A stretch of DNA of 64,000 nt from Eledone cirrhosa (GCA_964016885.1 OZ024742.1:153078001-153142000); one strand, 5' to 3'. Positions 40,885 through 53,857 are shown, numbered from the stretch's first letter. Program-made: numbers and translations. Notes: generated by a model not told the origin, from the letters alone.

Positions 40885-41130
40885 AGGCGCTTATCTTACT
40901 GGTTAGAGCGTTGGGATTACAATCGGGAGGTTGTGAGTTCGAGCAAAACACTTTATTTCATTTGATCCGGGTTACTCAGCTGCATCGCCCATTGCCCTCT
41001 TCTTGCACAACGTCGGTGGCCTGGAGAGAGGAGACCGGTATGTATTGGCATATGATGGTTTTCTACAAGCTAGCTCGTGCTTCGAAGGGGACTTTTCTAA
41101 GTGCAAATCCTATGGTATCTGCACCTAGAA
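40885..41130 (+). mobile_element. tRNA-derived SINE (diverged)
   Basis: ggcgcttatcttactggttagagcg...gtgagttcgag...actttatttca...actcagctg. Confidence 0.65.
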
Positions 41131-41224
41131 AGTTCCTCTCCAGGGTACATGTACACCAGACAAACACCACACACACTCACTCACGCTCACACATACACAC
41201 ACGCGCGCCCCCCGCCCCACGCCC

Positions 41225-41331
<107 letters not shown>

Positions 41332-41575
41332 AGAGAGACATTCAGAAGGCTGTGAAGGACGAAGAAGGATGAGAATAAATCTCATATGTTTCATTGTATC
41401 GTTCAGTTTTAAATACGGATATACAACAGTCTAGTCTAATATATTAACTTAGTTTCTCCATGATCAACTAATTACATTCTTGCATTAGAAATATATGGAA
41501 AACCTGACGGGAATATCACTTAAATCTGTGCTTTTCATGTAGACGGTGTACCTGGAATATATTACAATGCCATTT

Positions 41576-41870
41576 TGGCAGTATCGGTAGAGGTTAGGAC
41601 GCCATGCTTTGACGCATAGAGTTACGGCCCTTGCCATTCTGAGTTCAAATCCCGCCGAGGTTAACTTTGCCTTTCATCCTTACGGGGTCGATAAAATAAA
41701 GTACCAGTAATGTACTGGGTAATTTTCTGGCCTTGTGCCAATAGTAGAAACAATTATTTTACCCTCCGTGGTTAAATTTGACTTTCATCCTTACGGGGTC
41801 GACAAAATAAAGTACCAATAATGCACTGGAATAATTGTTGGCCTTGTCCCCAAACTAGAAACAATTATTT
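41576..41870 (+). mobile_element. Octopus-type tRNA SINE, young copy (41576-41760) plus tandem duplication of its 3' half
   Basis: Near-identical to 15334-15517; ctttcatccttacggggtcga...agaaacaattatttt is repeated at ~41762-41870. Confidence 0.88.
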
Positions 41871-42287
41871 TAATTTGAATATGTCGAATTCAAGTACTTT
41901 ATCTTTTCAGTTAGATCCTCTTAGTTGTGTTAAGTATGAGTAAGACAATACTTCATCTAACACGTCTCTTTGCATTTGTCCCGGTATGGCTTTTAAAAAA
42001 TTAAAACTGCGACGACCGCACAGGCGTCAGGAAAATGCTTTGGGAGGTGATGAGGATAGTGCAGTGAATTTCGTTGGCTGTTCTCTACATCAATACTTTC
42101 GTCAACTTATCCGCGGGGATGAAACAGTATGCGCTAAGAGGGTTGTCGAATCTGCCTTCCTTTTACGGATTCTCTTTATCTTCATTATGTAAAACGTGTT
42201 CATTTTTCTAGCAGATTATGTGAAATATTTACGTAACTATAATTGTCTAAATTATAAAGATTGTCTTTAAACAGAAGGCTTGTTAGA

Positions 42288-42506
42288 CCGGTACTTTTCC
42301 TTGTTTCATGCATGAAGCGACTGAGAGTACAATACATTCCCCCGGACAGGACGCCAGTCCCTCCTGGGGTAAATCTCCAGTACTAATCTTTAGCTGAATA
42401 TACCGGAACAACGTGAAATGAAGTGTTTTGAAGAAGAACAGAACACGCAACTCAGTCCAGGAATCGAACCCACGACATTGCGCTCAAACTTTCAAATTCT
42501 TACCAC
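42288..42506 (-). mobile_element. tRNA-derived SINE (diverged)
   Basis: Minus-strand B-box gggttcgattcctgg, then ttcatttcacgttgttccggtatattcagc and gactggcgtcctgtccgggg. Confidence 0.7.
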
Positions 42507-43107
42507 ATTATGCACATTTTCCCATTTGAAACGTGTGGATACGGGTATTGTATCCTCATGCCAATATCGCAAATTTTCTAGACAATGAAAGTTTTACCTA
42601 GCATCAAAATTATTTTAGCCACTCAATCGTCTAGTAATTACGAGTAAAGCAGAATATCGCTGAGACAGTCTAACAAGTTGATCCTCTATTGAGATGTGCC
42701 ACATTATAAACTAACGGTGAGCCTCACTCCCCTATTAATGTCTCTATTTAATTTTCTATCTATTTGAACATCTTAATTCTGTTATTTAGTTGGAATTATC
42801 ATAGGTGTGGACACACACACACGCACACACACACACACACATATATATATAACGAAGGAATTATGGTAAGGAACCAGATGGAACATAACGCACCAAAGTA
42901 CTCAATACTTAAGGTAGTAGAGTGGGTAATAGGAAAAAGTATGACCCCGACAGCAGGGCTCAAGCCATTTCGACGGCTATTTCTGGACTAAATAAGAATG
43001 TTTAGCCTGGTAAATAGATAGCCAAACTTCTCAGGGTGTATTACCTGATATGGGAAGATGGTAATTGTCAAGCGGATTGGTCAAAAATCATCTGTCAAAA
43101 CGAGTTT

Positions 43108-43186
43108 GTTTCCTGATGAATTCGAAGCTCGAGATTTTATACTTAATAGGATATTTCCAAATGCGACGAAACCCGAGGGTAGAAAT
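43108..43186 (+). ncRNA. Type I hammerhead ribozyme (GUA site; imperfect stem II base)
   Basis: gtttc-CTGATGA-attcg...cgac-GAAA-ccc ga ggg-TA-gaaat. Confidence 0.7.
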
Positions 43187-43980
43187 ATATTCCGGGTATG
43201 TGTATAAGTATTTCTTCTAACTTTAATTTTATACCTAATTGTGTATGGTTGACGGTATATTTAATCGATATCCACGTGCTGTTGAAATGTTTGGTAAAAA
43301 TTATATGGCGGTTGGCCGCGAAGTGATTGCTGTCGTTCATTTAGCTACTATTTCTTCATAGGTGCTTTTTAATCTTATAGCCTGGTCCAATTGACTTTTT
43401 GTGTGGTTAATTATGCTTATTGGGAGAGGAAATGGTGTATATATATTATCAAATGATTCTATGGACATACTTTATAGTATATATATATCTCTCTATATAT
43501 ATATATGTGTGCACACACACATACACACTTTTTCTCGTTCTCTCACACATGCACACCTGTGTATGTATGTATTAATTTAGCTGCAGCGCCTTCAATCCAA
43601 TCCGATCCTAAGAAATACCTAAAACCTGCATGATCAATCGTGCTACATACATTTAATCAGTGACAAATTGATATTTGAAGTGTTGTAAATTTTATTTAAT
43701 TTAATGTTGTTACTATACAGGGTGATGTTTTCTAAATACATCAAAGAATATATTCATTGATTTTAATCGAAACTCTACAGAGGTGTATTAAAAATATACA
43801 CCGTATTAAATATAAAGTTTGAATCTGAAATAATTCGTAATGATATTATCTGATACCACAATTTCATTTTTTCTAAAAACATTTAATGGCTTTCTCCGCA
43901 CCAGGATGTGGTTTCCAATTCAATTATGTTTTAGAATCGAAAAGAAACAACAAAATAATACATAAAAAAACAAAATGTAC

Positions 43981-44034
<54 letters not shown>

Positions 44035-44321
44035 ACAGACATCCACACATTCCCAAGTATACATGTATATATGTATATATATATACGTGGGAGTGTGAGG
44101 GTGTCTCTGTCTATGTTTGTCCTATGCTGTAGTGACTGGCATAAAAAGAAAACAAAATCAAAATCAAAAAGAGACAACTTAACTAATCGACACATTTGAA
44201 GGAATAATTATTTGCATCGATATGATCAATTAAATCAAGGCGGTGCCACAACATGGCCGATGTATGGTAATTAAAATCAGTAACACACACACATGCGCAC
44301 ACATACACAGGCAGACATACA

Positions 44322-44359
<38 letters not shown>

Positions 44360-44382
44360 AAACACTGCTAATTCCATCATAC

Positions 44383-44627
44383 TTTAATTTACATATGTTT
44401 CAGCCTTAATATTGAATACTCATTAATAGAATTCTTCAGATTTACATAAGATATGAATACCTCATCCAGAACATTCCGTCTAAAACGGAACATATTGTTT
44501 ACATTTTATACCGTTACGGTCTCTCTTTAGACGGAATATTCTAGTGGAGGTATTTATATCTTGTTTAACTCTGAAGTTAACTATTTTTGATTATTCAATA
44601 ACAATGATGAAACATATGTCAATTAAA
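44383..44627. repeat. Old fold-back inverted repeat with a decayed hammerhead in each arm
   Basis: Arms ~44383-44484 and ~44526-44627; plus strand CTGAAGT...GAAA-catatg-TC-aattaa; minus strand CTGAAGA...GAAA-catatg-TA-aatta. Confidence 0.75.
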
Positions 44628-44822
44628 TATGATGCAGTTAACAAAGTTTGGTATTATTTTAAATATAATATTTGCTCTACGTGTGTACATAATCTTACAT
44701 ATTAGGAATTTATTTAAAAAATCCTATGAGGACATATGTACAATTTATTGTTATACATGTCGTATTTTCGAGCTGATACAACTTCACTTTCACTTTTCCT
44801 GTTTTTGTATTTGAAAATGAAC

Positions 44823-44868
<46 letters not shown>

Positions 44869-45107
44869 TATATGTGTGTTTATTAATGCATAAAGCAAAC
44901 ATAAGTAACAAAGCAAACGACACAGCAGAATGAACAAATATATTAGTTTTACGTTCGATATAGTAGCAAAAGTGTCTTAACTTTTAGGACGCTAGCCCTT
45001 CATCAGAGTGCGAAATTAAAGGAGAAACAGACAGGTAGGGGAGAGTTGCACTAAAATAAAAAAAATATTTGAATAAACACAAGTCCATTCACGCCTCCAT
45101 TTCTATG

Positions 45108-45157
<50 letters not shown>

Positions 45158-45161
<4 letters not shown>

Positions 45162-46099
45162 TGAAAAATGGCGTGCTGCGTTGTTGCGTATATGAACATA
45201 TGAATTAGAATATACCGAGAAACAGGAATGTCCATCATCAGTAGCCTGGTGATTATCACTGGTATGTCTTCGCATTAAAGACTAGATACCTAAAATCAGT
45301 GCGAGTGATAACTAAATTAAGTTATCGGGACAGAGGAAAGTAAACAAACAACATGGTAGTAGTGCAACGTAAAGGGAAGAACAGATAGACAAGTCAATGA
45401 ATCTTGTGGGCTTAAGTCCGACAAATCAAATGACGAGAAGCGACAGACACGTCCGAGCTACTCGAAAAGTGAGAGAGGAAAGACTTTCACGCAGGTCAGA
45501 CTGGAGGAAGTGAGAAAGGAGGGGTAGCATAGAGCGAGTGAGTGAAAGTGTGAGGAAGGGACCAGCTGAGAGTGTGTGATCAGCAGCGGGGGTGGAAGAA
45601 AGCAAGAGGTAATGGAGAGAGAAGTGGGAGAGAGAAAGAGGATAGCAGTAAGGTTACAGAAAAAATACGAACCACAGCGAAGGGATAACTATATATGTGA
45701 ATGAAAAATGGCGTGCTGCATTGTTGCGAATATGAACATATGAATGAAAATAGACCGTGAAACAAGAATGTCCATCATCAGTAGCCTGCTGAATATCATT
45801 GGTATTTCCTCGCATTAAAGACTAGATTCCTAAAATCAGTGCGAGCGATAACTAAATTAAGTTATCAGGACAGAGGAAAGTAAACAAACAACACGGTAGT
45901 AATGCAATGTAAAGAGAGGAAAAGAGAGATACATCAATGAATCTTGTGGGCTTAAGTCCGACAAATCAAATGACGAGAAGAGACAGACACGTCCGAGTCA
46001 CGCAAAACGTGAGAGAGAAAAGATTTTCACGCAGGTCAGACGGGAGGAAGTGATAGAGGAGGAGTAGCAGAGCGTGAGTGAGTGAAAGTATGAGGAAGG
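45158..46099. repeat. Unclassified tandem repeat, 540-bp period x ~1.75
   Basis: tgaatgaaaaatggcgtgctgc at 45158 and 45698; starts in (TA)n. Confidence 0.88.
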
Positions 46100-46879
46100 T
46101 GTAAAAAGGTATAAATAAAAAACGATAATCTGTCGACAATTCAGAAATAAAAGAAATTATAATAGAACTGCAAAACAAGATAAGAGGCTCAACATATTTA
46201 TTTGCCAAGAAGAGGAGGTAAAAATGTATCAGTTTATAGTGTGGTACTTTACTGTTTTTATTGGTAAGATATGATAAGCTCGATACACTTTACCATCACC
46301 TGATTTTTAATACTTACCCATATATATTCCTACTTACGTTTTACGCATACCTGTTGGTGTGTTTTCAACTTGCAGATAATAGGTAGATGGATTTTTCCTA
46401 AATTTGTGGATCATTCTGACTAGTGAACCACGTATCTGTTAATATATCAGCTCGGCTTTCTTTTGCTTATTTTACGGTTCATTTGACCTAAAGCTTTCCT
46501 AAAACTGTAAGCTATTTTGACAGAACGGGTAGCGGAAACAATTATTAGCTCCTAGAAATTGTTGTCATGGCATATGTTTACATTATATAACTTCTAACTT
46601 ATACATTCTAATCTACACTGGAGTTCATATACAACTGAGGTATACTTTGCATTTCATCCGTTCACGTTGATTAAGAAAACCTGGCCAACTTGAATGATAG
46701 AAAGGCAGATTTGTAATTGCATAGAGCGAGATGCGTTCGACGAATTAAGTCTATAATTACAGGCTGGGTAATTTTAATCCAATCCTATAAAAAGAAAATC
46801 ACTATCTCTCATATCAACACAACAGGAGGATATACGAACCATTATGTCAATAATACATGGAGATTAGACACCTTTCAAA

Positions 46880-48960
46880 ATCACCAGAATACCGTTAACT
46901 TCACCTTTCGCAATAGAGACATATAAGCTGAAATCCAACCAATGCAATGCGGAATATATAGGGACGACACCCTATTTGCAGTCCACAATTGCATTAATCG
47001 AGGCATCCACTTTCTCAAAAAACAATTACATAAATCTTTTAAAAATAACGGCCTCTCTGTCACCATCGAACCGAACCATAAGGTAGTAAGCTTCCTGGAA
47101 GTTACCCTAGATCTTAACAATAACTTATATTACTCTTATCATAAACCAAGTGAAATACTTACATATATTATCCCACACTCTAACCACACACCGGCAGTCA
47201 TTAGAGCAGTAATTAAATCTATCTCTTATAGGATCTCCATGCTATCCGCTAATGAGGACATATTTATGAACCATGCGCCATATTATAATAAGGCCCTTTC
47301 TGAATCTGGTTATGAACAGTCCAATTATTACATACCTAAATGCCATAACACAGAACTTAACCACAACCATAATAATTTTAAAGTTAGAACTAGAAATACA
47401 ATAGCATGTAGCCAGATACGCCGGTATTTTAGCAGTAACAGCACCTAAACAGGGAACGGTAATGGTGGTAGAGGCTTACTTCCCACTCCTAGTAGCAGAC
47501 TCAGAATCAACCCTAGAATAGGAACCAGCAATGGGATAACAAATAATAAACGCCCAGGTAATAATAACCCTAAGAAAGCCCTTGCCAACTCCACTAGTAC
47601 TCCTAGAAGAAATAGGCCTAGAAATATCACCTGGCTTAAACCCCTTTCTCATATTATTTAGCCACTAATATCCCTAAACGCTACTTCTCTATCGCGCCCC
47701 CTAATCATAGATACTACAAACTCTTTAATAAAAAACAACATTAAAATCTCATTCTCCACAACACCTAACCTAGCTAGCCACATCGCATTCAGTAACCATC
47801 ATAAACTAAGACAGTATAACTCCCACACCGCGGTACTACTACCCCACTCAAATACACCACGCCTCTACACAAATACTTACTCTAGTAGCATACATCCCCC
47901 ATCTAATCCTTCTAGCACACACCAGCCGCATAGTTTAAACAACCCTAACCTTATTAGCCGCAGCAGTAATTGCAATTGCCGCTACCCTAACGCATTCCCA
48001 CTAAACGGACAATGCCTTACACCCAATATAGTATATACGGGCACTGCATCACACACTAGCTCCTATATTGGCTCTACCTCGAACCCTTTTAAGGTACGCA
48101 CTATTTTTCCTTCCGTGACCCTAGCAATAGATGTTCAATATCTCTAGCTAGACTCGTTAAAAACCTTAAATTAACCAAAACTGAACACTCAATAAAATGG
48201 GATATCTCAGCTAGAGTCCAAGCATTCAATGGACGAAGAAACTGTTGTGATCTCTGTGTTACCGAGGTCTATTACATAACTCTATCACAACCACAACCTA
48301 TAAACGATAGAAACGAGACAAGTATTAGGTGTCAACATCGAAGGACAAATTCCTTCGTCAATAGAACATTTGACGCAACATAATCATATAATCTCAACTT
48401 TACATATAGCTAACAATGACTTGGATAATTATAAGTTACCTCCCCAACACTATCTCTCACTTAAGCTCTAGAGCATTTCTTAGCTATAAATAATCTAAAT
48501 TTCTAAATTCTCAAGGAGTTAATTCCCTTGAAACCTGTCTCTAATTAGTAAGGTAAATATCTCCAGGCGGCCATATTGTTATGCATAGGCAAACATCGCT
48601 TAATACAGCCTTGACAGATAAATAATGCTTGCCTATAACAGAAATTAAATAGATCCAAAACACCGTCGTGAAATACCAATATATGGAACATTACATTCAT
48701 GTAACCTTCTATCTTTACTTACTTTATATTTCTTATTCCATGGTATATTTATCAATATTTGTATTATCCTTTGAAGTTCTGAAGAGCGCTCCATTTTTTA
48801 CCTAAGTTACTTATCTTCATTTGAACCAGATCAATAATGATCTATAATCAATTGATCCAGAAACATTATATGGAGTAGCGAACCAATTGTAAACGGACAT
48901 TATTATTATCATCATTAACATTCCTTACATTAAACTATAATTACACTCCTTATTATTATA
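46880..48960 (+). mobile_element. Degenerate 5'-truncated PLE with hammerhead-like motif at 48776-48894
   Basis: GIYRDD, VVSFLEVTLDL, SNHT, CNCRYP...GQC, SYIGSTS, CDLCVTE; gtt-CTGAAGA-gcgctccat...atggagtagc-GAAC-caattg-TA-aac. Confidence 0.87.
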
Positions 48961-49085
48961 ATCACACTCCTTATTATTATTATTATTATTATTATTATTG
49001 TTATTGTTATTCCTTGAATCTCAGTCATTGATGTTGGTTAACTGGAAAGTCCGTTGGATTGAATATCAAGCCACTACCTGCAGCC

Positions 49086-52000
49086 TCAGATATTCAGGAC
49101 GTATCGGAGGGTTCTTGCCGTTCCAAGCAAGCATGCCTTTTGAAGCGTTCCAAAAAGCGTGAAGGGGCCGATTTTCTTTAACCATCCCTGGAAACCTTTG
49201 GAGATAGTCCCCAGTGCGCCTATGACAATCGGGATCACTTTGACTTCATGGCAGTTCCAAATCCTTTTCACCTCCCACTTTAGGTCCTGGTATCGGTTAA
49301 TTTTCTCCCTCTCCTTCTCTTGCACTCTCGTGTCGAACGGGCAGGCCACATCCACAATCAGGCACGATCTTTTTTCTTTGTCCACAACCACCAGGTCAGG
49401 TCTATTGTGTTCCAGTTTTTTGTCCGTCTGTATCCTAAAATCCCACAGCACCTTCACCTGATTGTTCTCCATCACCGCCTCTGGCCTATGCTCATACCAT
49501 TTCTCAGAATGTGGTAGATTGTTTACTTTGCACAGGTGCCAGTGGATCACCCTGCCCATCACATCGTGTCTCCAGCCCTTATAGTGGGTCTGGGCTAGGT
49601 GTTTACACTCGGATACAATGTGAGCCACAGTCTCCTCTCTCTCTCCACAGATCCTGCACAGTGGGCTAGCCTCCTCCTTGTAGATATGGTGCTTCAACCA
49701 CTTCGTTTTGAGGGCCTGCTCCTGCGCAGCCATTAGCATTCCTTCTGTAGCCTTTTTGAGGTCTCCTCTTCTCAACCAGTTCCATGTCTGTGGATCTCTA
49801 AATTCAGTTTTCTCAAAGAAGGTACTATGAAGGGATTTTCCCTTAAGGCTGCTCTTCCTCCTTGATGTTATTTCCTCCTTGGGTATCCCCTGGCCTACTG
49901 TCCCCTCCTTCAGTACAGCTCTGAGCATTGGCTCCTTACTATAGGTCACGTATTTGTATAGGTTGTTTTTCTCCATCTGAACACAGTCCTCTATGCTGAT
50001 AAGACCTCTTCCACCCTCAGATCTCCTTAGGTAGAGTCTATCGACATCACTCCTCTTGTGGAACATGTTGTAGATAGTCAATAGCTTCCTAGTCTTCCTA
50101 TCCATTTCTTTTTGTTCAGCAACATTCCATCTCAGAATTCCCGCACTGTACCTAATAATAGACACAGCTCGGGAATTTACTGCGCTTATGGCATTTCTGC
50201 TGTTCAGATGTGACTTCAATACGCTCCTTACTCTCCGAATGTATTCAGTTCTTAACAATTCCTTCATTTTTTTGTTCTTTATGCCATCAGCCTCCAGAAC
50301 GCCCAAATACTTGTATCCTTCCTCAGAGTCAATTTCCTTTATCATCTCACCTGTTGGTATCTGGATCCCGTTACTTCTGCTCAACCTACCCCTCCTCATC
50401 ACAATGACTCCACATTTACCAATACCAAACTGCATACATATATCACTGCTGAAAATACGGACAGTGTCAACAAGCACATCCAACTCCTTCTCACTTTTCC
50501 CGAAGAGCTTAAGATCGTCCATGAAGAGGAGGTGATTGATGGTAAGCTCTCCCCTTCCCAACTTGTATCCTGCTCTCACTTTTCGCAGCATAATGGTCAA
50601 GGGCATCAGGGCAAGGACAAACAACAGAGGGGACAGGCTATCTCCCTGGAAGATACCTCTCTTGATCTTCACGCTTCCCAAGGATACTCCAGTTGATGTC
50701 AACTCTGTCTCCCAGGACCCCATACTCCTGCCCAGCAACTGTCTGATGTTATCTGCCACCCTGAAGATCTCCAGGCTTTTGGTGATCCAGGAATGAGGCA
50801 CCATGTCAAATGCCTTTCTGTAGTCTATCCATCCCATGGCAAGATCAGTGTGTCTCCTCCTGCAATTCCCCATTACCATCTTATCAATAAGCAACTGGTC
50901 CTTTGTACCACGTGACTTCTTTCGGCATCCTTTCTGTTCGTCCGGCAACAAGTTGTTTGTGTGGAGGTGATGGTAGATTTCCTCACACACAATGCTCGTC
51001 AACAGTTTCCACATTACGGGCAGACATGTGATAGGTCTATAGTTGGTAACATCATTACCCTTGATTCGGTCTTTCATTATCAGAACTGTGGTACCTTTTG
51101 TCAACCACTCTGGCACCTCACCCGACACCAAGCAGTCATTGAACATGGCCGTCAGCTTCGGGTGGAGGGATGTTAAATGTTTAATCCAATACCCCTGCAC
51201 ACCATCTGGGCCTGGTGATTTCCAGTTGGTTAGTTTTTTGGCTTGCCCCTTAAGAGTTTCAACTGTGATACTCAAATCAGTCTGTTGCTGTGCCTGCTCA
51301 CCGATCTCCCTCTGTACTGTCTCAATCCACCCTGCCTGGGCATTGTGTCTAACATCCTGCTCCCATATTCCTCTCCAGAATGTTTTAGCTTGTTCCGCCC
51401 CAGGGATCAAGTCGTTGCCTCTTTCTTTCCCCTCAAGCTGTCCAAACAGCATCTTCTGGTTGTTGTCGAACATGCGGTTCTGTTTATACTGACTGACTCT
51501 GTTCTCGTATCGCCTGATTTTGGCACTCTTTGCTACAATGCGTTGCTTCAATTCCTCTATGATAATATTTAGCTTTTTACTCCTAGTTTTGTATTTTATT
51601 TCCAGTCTATTTTTAGTGCCTATGTTTTTTAGTGTCCCATTCAGTAGTGACTCAAGCTTTCCTATGTCATTTCTCATTTCCCCGATTTGCCCACTCAATC
51701 GCTTCTTCCACCACGGCTCTGCTCTTTCTTGTCTGTTGTTTCCTCTCGCTTTTATACCAAGTAGTTTCCTCACCGTATTTGCTGTTGCTTCGAGGATATT
51801 GTTGCACTGGTGAAGACTCCTCGCCTCAAGGTATGGGATGACTTTGTTTACCTTAGCTGTTGTTTCTTTTAACTTTTTCCTGTCTACAAATCTTAGGTTC
51901 ATAGGTCTCCCACTATCATTGTTCAACTCATCTACCACTAAATTTAGGATGTCAACCGAATCTTGTCCTAGCCCGTCAGCATTCATCTCCTCAGTGGCCG

Positions 52001-52478
52001 TATCTCTGTTCCAGGTATTATTTATCTCAGTATTCAGATCATTGTCTGCTTCGGGTGGTTCCTCCGTTCTCAGGACCTCCTCACCTTCATTTCCCGCCGG
52101 CTCGCTTGTCTGGCATACTACACCCGCCATCTCCAAGCCATTCTCTCTGCTCAGTTCCTCCAGTTCCAGCTCGCTTATCCACCCATTAGTTCTTATTACC
52201 CGAGCCTGCCCGGCCAATTTTTGTTCATCTAATTTAAATAAACCAATCTCGTTCCAGATGTTATGCATCCGTCTCCTGTAGCCCCTCTCCTTGGGGTTAC
52301 TTTTCAGGTAGCATTGCATAACAGTTCTATTCAATTCTTTCGTCCAGTTGGTTCTGGCCCCTTTCCTTCTTCTTCTTCCTCCAACATCAGCAGTATTTGG
52401 TTGACAGTCAGGTTCCTGCTGCTGAGCCAGGGGGCACCTGTTGGGTGAGAGTCTGTCACATGACGTTCTAGTCTCCAT
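49086..52478 (-). CDS. R4/Dong-type RT, CCHC zinc finger and restriction-like endonuclease (1130 aa, intact)
   Basis: KSPGPDG, YRPITCL, EQKGC, WIDYRKAFD, GIFQGDSLSPLLF, LFMDDLK, YKYLG, CRIC...HIVSEC, RHD, RPDLVV...DVACP, ERE-K. Confidence 0.95.
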   Translation of the reverse strand: METRTSCDRLSPNRCPLAQQQEPDCQPNTADVGGRRRRKGARTNWTKELNRTVMQCYLKSNPKERGYRRRMHNIWNEIGLFKLDEQKLAGQARVIRTNGWISELELEELSRENGLEMAGVVCQTSEPAGNEGEEVLRTEEPPEADNDLNTEINNTWNRDTATEEMNADGLGQDSVDILNLVVDELNNDSGRPMNLRFVDRKKLKETTAKVNKVIPYLEARSLHQCNNILEATANTVRKLLGIKARGNNRQERAEPWWKKRLSGQIGEMRNDIGKLESLLNGTLKNIGTKNRLEIKYKTRSKKLNIIIEELKQRIVAKSAKIRRYENRVSQYKQNRMFDNNQKMLFGQLEGKERGNDLIPGAEQAKTFWRGIWEQDVRHNAQAGWIETVQREIGEQAQQQTDLSITVETLKGQAKKLTNWKSPGPDGVQGYWIKHLTSLHPKLTAMFNDCLVSGEVPEWLTKGTTVLIMKDRIKGNDVTNYRPITCLPVMWKLLTSIVCEEIYHHLHTNNLLPDEQKGCRKKSRGTKDQLLIDKMVMGNCRRRHTDLAMGWIDYRKAFDMVPHSWITKSLEIFRVADNIRQLLGRSMGSWETELTSTGVSLGSVKIKRGIFQGDSLSPLLFVLALMPLTIMLRKVRAGYKLGRGELTINHLLFMDDLKLFGKSEKELDVLVDTVRIFSSDICMQFGIGKCGVIVMRRGRLSRSNGIQIPTGEMIKEIDSEEGYKYLGVLEADGIKNKKMKELLRTEYIRRVRSVLKSHLNSRNAISAVNSRAVSIIRYSAGILRWNVAEQKEMDRKTRKLLTIYNMFHKRSDVDRLYLRRSEGGRGLISIEDCVQMEKNNLYKYVTYSKEPMLRAVLKEGTVGQGIPKEEITSRRKSSLKGKSLHSTFFEKTEFRDPQTWNWLRRGDLKKATEGMLMAAQEQALKTKWLKHHIYKEEASPLCRICGEREETVAHIVSECKHLAQTHYKGWRHDVMGRVIHWHLCKVNNLPHSEKWYEHRPEAVMENNQVKVLWDFRIQTDKKLEHNRPDLVVVDKEKRSCLIVDVACPFDTRVQEKEREKINRYQDLKWEVKRIWNCHEVKVIPIVIGALGTISKGFQGWLKKIGPFTLFGTLQKACLLGTARTLRYVLNI

Positions 52479-53047
52479 TTCACCGTTATTCGAACTGTTT
52501 ATGTTCGATATTTAAACACTCTTATCGAGGATTGGCGAATGTATGTTTACATAGCCATCTGTGGATCCGCCATCCCACTTGGCCCTTGTGTGGCATTATC
52601 ACCACGCTGTATACGGACACACATAAACAAACAAACACACGGGCAGAAAGGGCCCCAAAAATGAATAAGCATAAGTTTCATTGTAATGTAGTATTCGAAT
52701 GTCTGACTTAGTTTTTGTTTTTTAAGTTTTACTTTTTCCCCCCTCTTCTCTGTCCGTCCGCCTGCTTCTCTCTTCATTCTTATTTTCTTTACGTTTTTGG
52801 GGTTTCTTTTTTTGTTTTTGTTTTTCTCTGTTTTTCTCGTTTTTTACTGTTGTTGCTGTGCTGCTTTTGTTGTTTGTTTTTTCTTTTTTCTTTTGAGTCT
52901 ATCTATATATTTTGATGCCTTCCTCTTTGTTAGTAGTAGGAATTCTATAATGTGGAAGTGGTAGCCAGCAGAGACTGGCGGCGTTGGCGATACTGAGACA
53001 GTGGTGGTGGTGATGTCGATACCGAGGCAGTGGTGGCGGTGATGCGA

Positions 53048-53691
53048 CCGTATTACTGTAGTGATGGTGCTGTAGCGGTGGCAGCAGCAGTGAAGGAGTC
53101 AGGGGGTGGTGGCGGCGGTGATGAGATAGTGGTGGTAATGATGGCCGTAGTGAGCGGTGGCGGTGAAGGTGAAAATGCTGTTGTGTTTAGTGTACACAGA
53201 TGATGGGGTGGGTGGTGTATCTGGTTTCTGGTGTTGGTGAGTTTCGCTGTCCTATATAGTGTAGCCAGAGGAGAGGAGGGGGGGGGGGGTTCTCCTTCCA
53301 TTTATAGCCATTTTATTTTTTTTTGGATATACAGTGTACAATACAAAGTTGAATATTTGAATATTTGAGCCGTATTACTGTAGTGATGGTGCTGTAGCGG
53401 TGGCAGCAGCAGTGAAGGAGTCAAGGGGTGGTGGCGGCGGTGATGGGATAGTGGTGGTAATGATGGCCGTAGTGAGCGGTGGCGGTGAAGGTGAAAATGC
53501 TGTTGTGTTTAGTGTACACAGATGATGGGGTGGGTGGTGTATCTAGTTTCTGGTGTTGGTGAGTTTAGCTGTCCTATATAGTGTAGCCAGAGGAGAGGAG
53601 GGGGGGGGGGGTTCTTCTTCTTCCATTTATAGCCATTTTTTTTTGGATATACAGTGTACAATACAAAGTTGAATATTTGAATATTTGAGCC
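53048..53691. repeat. 322-bp tandem duplication in the putative Dong 5' UTR
   Basis: ccgtattactgtagtgatgg at 53048 and 53370; near-identical units. Confidence 0.93.
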
Positions 53692-53857
53692 TTATAACAA
53701 TATATTTTGGGTCCGAATTTCTTTGGGGCTCAAGCCGGGTGCTTTACGTAGCATTTGTACTAAGAGTTGTTATTTCACAAATGATTTAAATATGTTAAAA
53801 ATTCAAAACTTACGGGAGCGATTTCATGACCTCCGTCACCTCGTGCGTCTTCTTCCC

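Larger units (their letters stand above)
49011..53857 (-). mobile_element. Probably full-length R4/Dong-clade non-LTR retrotransposon between (TAA)n tracts
   Basis: Intact ORF, 75-bp 3' UTR ending in (TAA)n (48971-49010). The 5' boundary is inferred from the next (TAA)n at 53858. Confidence 0.8.

Noticed and set aside
44965-45012. Minus-strand CTGATGA-aggg...tcct-AAAA-gtta
   Set aside because: GAAA is mutated and stem I is unconvincing; at best a decayed hammerhead.
49159-52448. Plus-strand ORFs overlapping the Dong ORF (and minus-strand ORFs over the Tx1 element)
   Set aside because: Antisense shadows of the retrotransposon coding sequence.
52500-52660. Possible HDV-like ribozyme upstream of the Dong ORF
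   Set aside because: Helices exist (ggccctt/aagggcc; gtgga/tccac), but the nested pseudoknot order and L3/P1.1 consensus are not met.
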